Source: Bigelowiella natans CCMP2755
Lineage: Eukaryota > Protista > Cercozoa
Assembly: GCA_000320545.1 (NCBI GenBank)
Contig: ADNK01003464.1
Coordinates: forward strand, 35,503 to 99,502
Length of the DNA: 64,000 bases
Reading direction: 5' to 3'
In this document: one piece after another, positions 25,891-37,402 of the stretch
How the letters are laid out: every line of letters starts with the position of its first letter
How positions within the stretch are numbered: the first letter of the stretch is position 1
Program-made: the position numbers and the translations under genes
Notes under the pieces: generated by a model
The model's database searches: none
Told to the model about the DNA's origin: nothing
The model's input: the letters and a program-made list of their open reading frames with translations, nothing else

Positions 25891-27450
25891 TCACACATTC
25901 TCGTTGATTCGTGGATATTGTTTGCATTCAAAATAATCATAAATCGGATGTGAGGAACAACAATGTTGCCAACAATCTTTGGAACAACTTTTTAGGGGAT
26001 CACATCCAACTGCAAGACCGAACCTGAGTTCAGCATCGTGGTCCAGAGCCAGATTGTGACAAGTCCTTGCAACGAGTGTTGTTGAGGCTCTGCTGCATGC
26101 AAACGCCTGTCTCCCATGTGGTTCTGGCGCATGTTCATTGTGTTCTGTTCCGCCTGTCTCCCATGTGATTTGCAACCCATCCAAGGTCTTTTGGAGTCAG
26201 CATGTCCACAACGTGACGTGCAATCTTTCGATCTTGATGCTGGTTGAGTTCCCTTGCATTGTCCGAATTTGACAACAAGTTCTTACTAGGAACGGAGGAG
26301 TGGCTACAATGCCATTCTTGATTCCTTTTGGTTTCACTAGATGGTCCTCACTGAAGTTAGTTCGAGGCACTGCGTTTCGCACACTGCAAGTGTCTTGTCA
26401 CATTTTGGAAATGTGGTTCTTCATCATTGTTCATTGTTCTTCTGTGGAGTTTCTTTTGTGTGTGACGTGTGTCCATGTTGGACGATGTTGCACGCAAAAA
26501 TCTCTTGTTCTTCAAAGATCTGAATTGCACTTCCATTGGCCATTTGTCCAATTGCTTTCCTTTTTTTGATTTGAACATTCTCACTTGTCACTTTGGGTGA
26601 GAACAAGTTTGCAGTGTTTCAATGATGCTCTGCTGTGGATTTTTGCCATGTCACTTTTGACAAAGATTGTTTCACTCACAAAACACACGTCACACGCCTG
26701 TGATTTTCCGATTTCATCACGTCATTCCACGAAATTGGTTCGGCAGTGGGTCGTCAGTGGGCAAATTGCCACGTTGCGCGTTTTGTTCGCAGTTTTTGCT
26801 GCCAATTGCAGGTGGAAGTGAAGTGTGGGGCGTGGTCCATGCGCAGCAGCGCAATGGAAAGAAAGCAGGTGATCCACATCTTCGACTAGACGATGAGCGT
26901 TGCACGCTGCGCAGCGTGCTTCGTCTGCAGTGCACAATCCTTTTGAAAGCCGGCTTGTGTGCGTGCGAATTGTGCACGCAGCGTGCACATTGTTCCATTG
27001 CGAGCACACGTCTGGACGTGCATGCACGTCCACTTGCAAGCGCTGATCGCTTGCCAGATGAGCACAACTAGACAACACCGCAGCCACGTGTGCGCAGAAT
27101 CGGAGAAAGAGCTCCAAGCGCTGGGAGTGGGCGGGACGACGTGCACGGCTAGGTGAAGACACACCATCATTGGAAACTTCAATGTCTGTCATGGATGCAG
27201 CTGTGGAATGCACGCACATTGATCTAGTGACACGTGCTGCACACGAGCTCAATTGGTGAACAAGGCCATGAGAGGGCACACGCATTGCTGGTTTGGAGAG
27301 TTCAATGTCTGCAATGTCCAAAGCTGAGAAGAAGAAAGTGCCAGAGTGGGGAGACACGATGTGGGAGGCAAAAAGAAGTGGAAGAAGAAGAAGAAGAAGA
27401 AGAAGAAGAAGAAGAATGAAGAAGAAGAAACCTGCGAAATGATCTGTGAA
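25891..27450. pseudogene. Degenerate, TpA-stripped coding-like relic(s)
   Basis: Coding-like phrases on both strands (- ORF 25891-26184; + segments GSEVWGVVHAQQRNGKKAGDPHLRLDDE and ESEKELQALGVGG) lack Tyr and carry excess Cys/His. No intact gene model. Confidence 0.35.
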
Positions 27451-27790
27451 AGTTGAAAGGAACTTTGCAGAGGAACAAGGGAGTGCACTTGCGCAGGTCT
27501 GCCAGCTGGCCAGGCTGGACTGGTTGAGTGAAATCGTCTAGTCGTTTCGACTGCGCAAGGGATTGATTGATTGATCACTTCATTGATTCTTCTTTGTTTC
27601 GACATTCTGACAAGATATGCACAACCCGCTGCTAGCTAGCTAGTGTGCTCCATTGCTGGACACAGAGACCGGGAAAGCGGAGCAGTGAAGTCGATGCACC
27701 CGAGCAGGCTAGCAGGGTGCAAAACCAATTCACGGGAAAAAAAAAGGCCTGAACATTGAACGTTGAATTTCTCACCGTCTTTGTCACTGC
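25945..27790. other. Strongest TpA-free zone
   Basis: 26361-27615 contains only 5 TA dinucleotides, all inside CTAG. Confidence 0.95.
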
Positions 27791-28181
27791 AAACAAAGAA
27801 TAACAGTGCCGAGAAGGAACCTACGGTTATACTCGCGCGACAAGGGTTTCGCACCTCGCATGTCGATGAAAAGCAGTCAAAATGTGGATCATGGTGCATC
27901 TCCGTTGTCGGCATTTGATTGTTGGCACAAAGGTTCTCACAACAAATCTGAAATGATGGAGATTAAATGAACTCTATAATTATAGAGATTCCAAAATCAC
28001 AGTGCTTTTCTGAAATGATGAGTCACAGAATCGTGATTATCGTGTCATTTTCAAAATTTCGACTGCTTTCTTGCGCAATAAATTTGAGACACAAATACGA
28101 TGATGGTGCCAGTTGGACAATTAAAAGCAGCCATCGCTAAAGAATGACAATAGCAGCTAGATTCATCTAGGTGAGAAGAGG

Positions 28182-31100
28182 ATGTTGCAGGAAAATAGCG
28201 ACATCATGAGAATAAATTCAAATATTGGTAGGTGTATATTAAACAGAAAATGGAAAAAGAAAGGTATGTGCTGTTCCAGTAAACAGAAACAACATTCAAA
28301 TTGATCGTTGCAACAAAAATTCTTAGGGCACCGAGACTAATGATCGCGGGGGATGATGATGATGAGGAACCCCATGGAAGAAGGTAACATGCATGTCCGA
28401 ACAAACAAATGTATGCAGATTGTTTCCACTAATATGACATTCAACAAAAATTTCAGAGCAAGCAGTATCATGACCGTGACGGGCAGTCCACCTGCGCAGA
28501 TGCTGTCAACCAGCAGGAATACTGTTAGCAGTTCGCGTAGAGACACAATGCCAACACTTGAAAGCAAACGCAGAGTTATCCACGGGTCCCCAAGACGCGC
28601 GATAACACTGGACCAAAATGATTTGATATCTCGTGCGGAATTGAAGAAGCGCAATGCGACTCCAACATCGCGAAGACGAATGACTCTGAACAAATCAACT
28701 TGGCAAAAAGGTTCAATGTTGCGATACTTCTGATCTTCTGATCGCTTTTTTTCCCTTACAAAAATAAAACTTGATTTTTAGCTGTAATACTGTGCTCAGA
28801 TGAAATCGAAGGATTATCTAATCTCGATGTAGACCCCATAGGTGAGAGATGTACTACTATGTAATGTCAATCGAAGGCTAGAGTAAAAATTCATTTTTTA
28901 ATGTTGCTATAATGTTAGAGTTACTGATGTTTAAAGAAGAGGTGTTTCTATCTGGGAGGCGAAGCCTACAGAACGCACAGGAGGTCTCTAATCACGAAAC
29001 CATAAGAAATAATCATGCAGAATTGATTTTCCCCCTTAGAAACTAATGCAGCTTCAAGATCGACTTACGCATTCGGATGACCTAGACTTATTGGATGAGG
29101 CCATTCAATCTGTTGTAGAAGCTCAGGTGGATATTCTTGCGAATATGAGTGCCGACTATGGTAATAAATTTCACATTGGTATTGGAAATTGATTGAATTT
29201 AGTGTCATTTCAGACATATACAAGGAGATCGAAACAAAATATGACGAAATGACTGATGAAGAAGCAGCCGCATTGGATGCTGCACTTTCGTATGCATCTG
29301 GTACAAAATTGATTGATAAAACTGAGTGCTGCTCTTTTAAAATACCGAAAGTAAAAAAAAGGGGAGGGAAAAATTAGCACACAATGCTCATGTGTCTAGT
29401 GAATTGATGAAATATTTTCTTTAAATTCAATGCGTCAGTATATTCTCCGAGGAATCCACTCGACAACTTCCTCGCTCGCCATCTACAGGGTAGGCGTACC
29501 CCTAGAATGGGCGAGAGACCGCGACATCGAAGATCATCTTCAGCCCAAGAGTATGAACGCACAATCGAAGATATCCTAAATGCTCGAAGAATCAAAAGGT
29601 TCTTGGATAGCTACAATACTTCAATAAAACTTTTTTCTGAATCTTTCATATGGGACAGGACTTATACAGCAGGAGAGGAAATGTCTAACGAAGAAAGACT
29701 TATGCTAGAAAAAATTCGACGGTCATCACGTGCAGGCTCCATGTTGTCTCCCAGACAAAGGCATTCGCCACTATCTAATGGTGTTGAATTAGATCGAAGG
29801 ACACCCATAGTATCGAAATCACAAAGGTGTTATAGTTGTAAATAACTCAGATATTCGATTATAACCTAACCCACAATAATAGGAATAGCCTTGCCATGTC
29901 ACCACCTTCACCACGAAGGGCGACAGTAGAGCTTCCATCTTTATCGTGGATAAGTGAAAGGGATTCAAGAAGAAGCATAAAACTCCCTGAATTAACCCTT
30001 TATAGATTAAATTCAGAATCAGGGAAATATTTGGAAAAAGTGAATACATGGTAAAATATAGCTAATTAATGTTTCTCACTAGCACGTAACAAGTATCAAC
30101 ATACTCTCGTATAGGCACGAATTCGACATATGGGCTTTCAACGATGCAAGTATCTATCGATTTTGATATCTATTTTTGTTCTGATAAAAGTTAATTTTCT
30201 CATGTAGCCAATGAACGTCCTCTATCTACCCTTTTCTTACATCTTTTCGACGTTCATGATCTCTACTCAAGGTAGATAATTTTTTTTTTAAAACTTGAAA
30301 ATTGACTAATATTATGCTCAGATGTAATATAAAGAAAGGAATCGCTGCGAACTTTATTACAAAAATTGAGGAGGTCATTAAATATATATGTATCAAGCAG
30401 GCTTAACCTAATCGTTGGTATCAACAGGGATATCTTGATAACCCATATCATAATAAAGTACACGCGGCTGATGTGCTACAGTCTATGCACTTCTGGCTTC
30501 AAAGGTTTACAATATTAAATCATAGTAATTCTTTCTCTTCATCTCATTTTTCACACAATCAGTTCGGTGTTAAAACCAGTTTGCGACAAATACCCGCTTC
30601 TACGTCTTTCATCATACATTGCTGCAGCTGTTCACGATTATAAACACCCGGGTACATGAGGAGATGTGTAAGCGCGCTATCAAGAGTCAAGACAGCTAGT
30701 CTCGTAATATGCAATATTTTCAGGCACAAATAATTTGTTCCAGCAACGCACTGGATCTGAGGAAGCACTGACGTAGCAATTGTTTGTGACTTCCTCTTTA
30801 GAATGAGTCAGTGATTATCTGGTTTCAGATACAATGATAACTCGGTTTTAGAGAATATGCATGTTTCTCGCGCTTTCAAGCTCATGAGAAAGCATATAAA
30901 GTACAATATTCTGGCTGACCTGAAGAAAGAAGGTACTGCTTACATGTCCATCGAGCATCACTTACACATTTTGAATGCGTAGACCAAGGACTTGTTCGAA
31001 AACTGGTTATAAGTTTAGTCCTCCAAACGGACATGGTAATTGTGAATGACCCTTAAAGTTAATCTCAAACATGAAATTATTCTTTGTAGGCGAAACATGC

Positions 31101-32484
31101 AGATGGAATAAGAGGGCTGCAACGAAAAAGTTGTTAACCATGAACACTAGAGACTATACGCCCAAATCTGTTTCTTATCCCACTATTTTAAAAAACAGCT
31201 CAATACAAACTCGAGGCCAAAGCTAAATGGATGGACAATAGCAACCCTGAGAATTCAAAGGTTGCCATGTTATATCTGTACGTTGCTTAACTTAATTTTT
31301 CATACTTGAAAAGGATTTCTTGGATGATGCTGAACTTCTACTAGGAATAGCGCTCAAATGTATGTCAGAGTGTGGTTTCCCTTTTCGGTGCAATTAAAGC
31401 AGTTAGTAACCACCAAAACATAGGTTCTGATTTATGTAACCCATGTCGACCAAAGAGGCAGATGCTTCAATGGGCCTCTAGAATAAATCAGGTTTGCTAT
31501 TTTGGGAGAATGTTAAATATTTCATGAACTGAAATGAATGCGGACTACAGGAATTTTTCAAGCAAGGGGACTTGGAACAAATTTTTTCGCTCCCAGTTGG
31601 TCCAGGTAAGAGATTTTGCTGGTACCATGTATAACAGTTTCCCAAACGTTTATCATGAATATCGTAGGAAACGATCGCAATTCAGCAAATATACCTCTCG
31701 GTCAACAGTTCTTCATAAAGGTAATTATCTTGACTTTGCTATCTGGAGTCTATACAAATCGTTTATCGATATTAGGTATTAGTAAGTCCTCTTTATATAG
31801 CTTGGAAAAAAGGTACTTACAATACACCAAATTTCGTTCTATATAAATGTAATTACTGCTTTTGTGATTCGTGCTATATCTCGAAGTTGTCCCAGAGACC
31901 CGAATTCCACTTCGGTTTCTCCGATCTAACTTAAAAGTAAGTTTTAGTATAGGCATTGACATGCAGGTATGTTCTAAATACTGATACTAGCTTGTATTTA
32001 GTTCTGGGCGGACCAGAGTAAACAAAGCAAACGAGCATCTAGCCCAAAGTCTACAGAAATTGCAGATACCGGCGAGCATAAAGTTGACGGCAACTCTGAG
32101 AAAGGAAGTAAGCACCATAGTAAAAGTTTAAACCGGAAGAAGAATGTGCACGTAAATTTTAAAAAACGGAATCGGAAAAAGTCTACAAAATTGCTTGGAG
32201 GCGATACTATAGATGATAAAGGAGTTTCCACAGGAGAAAATTTCCCCAATTTACTTTCAATAAGTTCTCTTGACGATGGCGATGATGCTGATTCGCACAC
32301 GTCGTCTGCTACTCCGAATTCATATACTTTTTCACAACAAAACATTGTGGCAGAGATAATGCCACCTCCGAAATCACCTTCTGCACACAGTAGAATGAAG
32401 GTTAATTCTCTCTTACGGAATAAACAGCGTCGGGGATCTCTTAACAGTATTAGTTCTTTTCGATCCTCAGTAAGTAGTAGATGA
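28182..32484 (+). CDS. Class I 3',5'-cyclic nucleotide phosphodiesterase (HD/PDEase_I domain), many short introns
   Basis: Spliced exons give NPYHNKVHAADVLQSMH, AAAVHDYKHPG|TNNLFQ, YNDNSVLENMHVSRAF, LVLQTDM|AKH, ALKC|SDLCNPCRP and EFFKQGDLE: the full PDE catalytic signature. Confidence 0.93.
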
Positions 32485-32719
32485 CTATAGCTAATGATAA
32501 TGCAAATTTGCTGGCACTGTTGTTGTGGTAGCACAAAATAGACATCTCAAATCTCCATGTAAAATAATCCTATGGCTGCTGAATGGAAATGCAGTCAGCT
32601 GAGATAAATAAAGGATTAGCCTATTAGTCAATAGTGTGTGACTGTTTTCTTAGTTGTTTACAACGCTAGATGTTTTGTTTGCCACGCACGCAGCCAGCGA
32701 TGCAGTCTAAATCATGTGC

Positions 32720-33520
32720 AATTATTTCTAGTGCCGTAGCACGATAATGTAGTTGTTAGCTAGATTGCTAGTGATGGATTTAGACATATCTGGATTCTTG
32801 ATATTCCATGAATCTGCGATTGTGTTGCATGAAATGCATGCGTCTCATCTAGTCAAACACTTAGTAGTGTGTGAACAATTTAGAAGCTAGAGTGGTGGGA
32901 AATGTTGATGATGTTCTGTGCTACATGCTAGCATGGCTAGCCTAGCCAGTTAGCACTAGAGCAAGCCCTGTTCTAGTATTCACATAGCTCTAGAGCTACA
33001 TGAGACTGCTAAAGTCGCTCTAGCTAGCTAGCTAGCTAGACTAACGTAACTAGCTAAATTCCTAGACATGCTAGCATGGCTAGATGGTAGCATGCACTTC
33101 CAGGCCCAGAAATTGCAGGACGTGTTCGATCCACGCGTGGACACATGTTGCTAGCTTGGCATCTAGCATGCTAGCATGCGCTAGCTAGCTAGTGCAGTGA
33201 TGCACAGAACATCCTTAGATCTAGACATCTAGATATCTAGAAATGCACAAAATGAGGTCTAGACCTGGCCAGCTGGAGATGTGCACAGCTAACAGTTACA
33301 TTGATGGTCGTCGGCAGGTGTTTTTCCACGCACGTTATGCACAACAATAATATCTAGAAATGCACGTACGGGATGAGTAGCACCTCTAGAAATCACATTA
33401 CTAAATGATCTATTTGGTCATATGTGCGCTGTGACGTAGCCGCTATGTTACCTACCTACATCTAGACATGCGTGCATCGATGTGTACTGTTATGCATAGA
33501 CTTTACATCTGCATTCTAGA
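32720..33520. other. CTAG-rich convergent intergenic zone (PDE / PQBP1)
   Basis: About 34 CTAG in ~800 bp, including (CTAG)5 at 33020-33039. Confidence 0.9.
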
Positions 33521-33568
33521 ATTGACAGGTACACACTTCGGTTTATTCTTTCGTCCTCTGTGCTAAAT

Positions 33569-34870
33569 TTAGCGGCGTTTTTTCTTATTTTGAAGCTTTT
33601 TTTGCATTTCTGCTCTCTTCCGCAGCACATCCCCCGGGCTCGGTAGTCTAAATATCACACATATGAATGTACATATATTTTATACATATAAAACCTTCTC
33701 TCTAACGATTTACAATGACCTTCGTTGTTCGAACAACCCCCTCCCAGCAGTTGTGTCTGCTGCCTGAAGTACACAAATACTTTTTATGGATGCTACCATA
33801 ACGGATAAGCTATTTGATTGTGTTTTATATATATTCATGACAAATTTGTAGAAATATAAACAACAACATTCGTAGCAATAATAAGCAACAACGCAAATGA
33901 GATGTTTGCTGCTTGCGTATATCTTTCTGAAGCGAAAGACGACCTTGGATAAAGACACCTAATGAGGAGTATGATAAATAGATGCCAAGAAAGAATAAGA
34001 ACGATATCGACACCAGACAAAGTATTCACTTTTACAGAAACAAAACATAAAAAGGAAATTAAGGGTAGAATCATAAGCTCATATAAGAACAACAACCTCA
34101 GTAAGTCCAACTCCCCAGCCACCCCGTGGAGCTGAAGAGTAGGCACTAGGATCCATAGGGTCTAAAGCTAATTGAAAACAAAATAGTAGCAAAGGTGGCA
34201 AATCACAATTGTATGTTCAAGTTTCCTATGTAGGGAAATCATATCGAATCACTCCTACTTTGAATAGAAAACAACATGAATTTGGCCCTACGCCACGCTT
34301 GGGCGAGCATGATATTCTGTCAAAAGTAATTTATCCACGAGCACAATGCATGCATGCAAGCACAAAAAATGTATATAAATAAATAAATAAATAAATAAAT
34401 AATATTTAGTATAAAATATGATGATACGTCATGAATGCATAAAATAGTCGCTGGAGGCTATCTTCTTCTTCTACCATCTTTCTGTGCTCGCCTTCGTCTT
34501 TTGTTGTAGTAGTTGTTGTTGTTGGGGAAGTTGTTGCCCCTATTATACCCTCCTGGCAATGGTGGCCGGGTCGCTCCTCTCTGACTCATTCCTCTGTGAC
34601 ATTGTAAGTGTGTGTGTGTGTGTTTATGGTGTTTTGTGTGTGCAAATATGATGAGAAGACGAAAGTAAGAATTTCCTTGTAGATTAGATCACGTCGAGTA
34701 GGAAGCGTAACCTCTGTGGCGACGATGGAGCACAAGATGGACAAAACGACTTGCCCATTACCTTTCGGATGTGGGTAATTGAAATCACTATTTATTATTT
34801 ACTTCAAGAACTTTTTCCTGAACTACTCAAGGTCATTTATTCAAAATCATCAATATAAACCGTATTGAGT

Positions 34871-34910
<40 letters not shown>

Positions 34911-36428
34911 AATATATACACACATATAATATATCGCCCACTGTCTGGTTCTAGATGTCAGGCTACTGAAAAGTCTAATAAGATATGCATGCATGTGTGA
35001 AGCATTAGGATTGCACATATACGTGATAAGACAGTGATGACGTCACAACGAATAATAGTTGGTAGGATTGTCTACTACGTACGAAGAGAATAATACCATC
35101 TTCAATCCATAACCCATCTTTCCACATCTGGAACACACTTGTTGGGTAAAAGCCTTTTATAGAACCAGGAGTAGCAGCAGGACCAACATCAAGAGAATCA
35201 ATGCACAGGGAGCGCATTAATGAACAAGCTGTATCTATTCATCTTCCCACCCCCTCCCCCTTACGTTGGCTTCTTGTCGTTTGCGAATGTACTCAGGGAC
35301 ATCTTCGTCTTTGTTATTAATAGACGTCATTCGTTGTTGAAGCATACTTCCAGGAGGCAGCTGTGGGCCTGCATACATACTTCCACTTCCTGCAGCACCT
35401 ACGTATACAATGTAGATATGCTGGAGGACAACCTTTATAAAGATCCTACGCTTTCAAGCTTCTAGATATCTTGGTGTGAATAAATTGCTCCTCTGTGGTT
35501 CCGTGTCGTCGTTGTGTGTAATTTTCCATCGTTAGTTTGTCATACCTGAGGGAGGAGCTGCTACAGGCTGCTGTGGGCGATGATAGGATGCATACGATGG
35601 AGACGAAGATGAAGGTACTGAGAAACAACATATAAAGGCATTACTATAAGAAGTCGACATACATACAACAATTCCCACTTTGAGTATGTGTGTGTGTGTG
35701 TGTGTGTGTATATGCAACTATATACGCATGTTTTCAGGTATTATTTCATCATTGTTTTTATCGGCAGCATGGTCTAACACGCTTGCTTGCATCCTACTGA
35801 GTGAAGGCATGGCCGAGACAGCAGCAGCAGCAGCAGCAGATGCGTATCTTTTCCTTCCTGTGGTAGTTGTAGCGCACAGATGGTGTTAAGAACCGGGTTA
35901 AGAAATAAGTCATTACCGCTCATTCAATTGCTATTTCCTTCTGGTCATTCTCACCATCTCTCAACTACGATTACTGTGAAGATGAGGCGTAACCTTGCTC
36001 TAGACCGTAGTATTGTATAAACTGCGCCTCGGTGTACCTAAAAATAAAACACCTGTCAACAAAAATGCAATGATTGCACTCCTTCACGAATCATCGACTA
36101 AGTGAGCTTCGCCTACGACCCAGAAGAGCTCAACTAGGTACTTTAAGCTCAGTGGTATAAACCTCTTGCATTTACACATTGTGTTCTGAGGATACTTCAA
36201 ATCTCCCCCCCCCCCCTCAGAAAACAAATAGATAGGCTTACGCTTGTCCATCTGCGGCATCGATCCGGAGCGCCATAGAGATTCCAGTAACACCACCAAG
36301 ATGTGGCTGGTATGGTGATGATGTGGCTGGACCAAGATGTGGCTGGTATGGTGATGATGTGGCTGGTAGAGGGGTAGATGGGGAGGAATTGCCTTGAGCC
36401 AGCGAGGAAGGCTGCTGCTGCTGCTGTC

Positions 36429-36463
<35 letters not shown>

Positions 36464-37360
36464 ATCTGTACCTTGGTATCCACTGGAGGGGCTGACGGGG
36501 GTGGCATTCCGGCATATTTTGTTTCTGATTTACTGGAACTAACAAGATGTTGGCGGCTAGGATGCACAAAAGTCGAAGCGCCGTCATCATTTCCAGGCAC
36601 ACAATCTACAGCCCCCCCTTTCTCATCACCCCTTTGAAGACGTAAGCCAGGAGGTGCAGAGGAAACAGGAAAAGAATTTTTAGCTTTAGTGTTATTCTTC
36701 GAAATTCCGGGAGGCGGAGCCACTAGTCCTGTTGACAATATAGAGGTCTTTAGCAGCGAAGATGAAGCGTATTACAAGGTTTTACTCAAAGGAAGTGCAT
36801 GAACCTGGTGGGATACGATGAGCCGTCTTCGATATTCCCGGAGGCGGGGCTATTCTGTGAAGACCCTCTCTGTTTTTCCCCAAGCCGGGTGGGACTTGAA
36901 TACCCGAGAGAGGCGCAATGCCAGGTGGAGGGGATGCGGCCATTACCGTGTCGATTCTGGCTTGGTTCGACTCCGTTCTTAATTCCGATTCCAAATTGTG
37001 AAATTCTTGAGCGACAAGAACTTCCCGATGTCTCCTATCTGAAAACGATATCCTTTCTTTGAAATTCCTTCAATCCGCAAAGTATCACAATACGCATAGC
37101 TTTTCCACACTGCGGCAATAAAAGTGGCTCAAAACCCAATCATATATTGCGCGACATCGACGGCAGGAAGTACCTATGCACAAAACAAGAGAACCGGCTG
37201 GAATTGTTCAATTGCGACGTGCTAAATCGAGCGTCGCATGTACAAAATGAACTGCGATTGGCGATATTCAAGTAGGACTTGTTAGGTGCACTACATGTAC
37301 CAATGAAGTAGTGTCCCCACAGCGCAAGGAAAAGAAGGTTTTACGCACCCGCTAGAAAGC
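33569..37360 (-). CDS. PQBP1: PQBP1-like (polyglutamine-binding protein 1 C-terminal domain) protein with Pro/Gly- and Gln-rich N-terminus
   Basis: Terminal exons DPMDPSAYSSAPRGGWGVGL, AADTTAGRGLFEQR|RLPSPGDVLRKRAE match the conserved PQBP1 C-terminus. TAA at 33569-33571. The 5' extent is uncertain and may be a separate gene. Confidence 0.75.
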
Positions 37361-37402
37361 ATAACAATAATAACAGCTGCCAACCTTGGGGGGGGAACGA
37401 AG

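Noticed and set aside
25945-27790. Classical RIP or CpG-methylation decay as the cause of the compositional anomaly
   Set aside because: RIP creates TpA and methyl-CpG decay removes CpG; here TpA is absent and CpG is plentiful.
32720-33520. CRISPR array, telomeric repeat or satellite
   Set aside because: No constant repeat unit or spacer periodicity, only dispersed tetramers; eukaryotic context.
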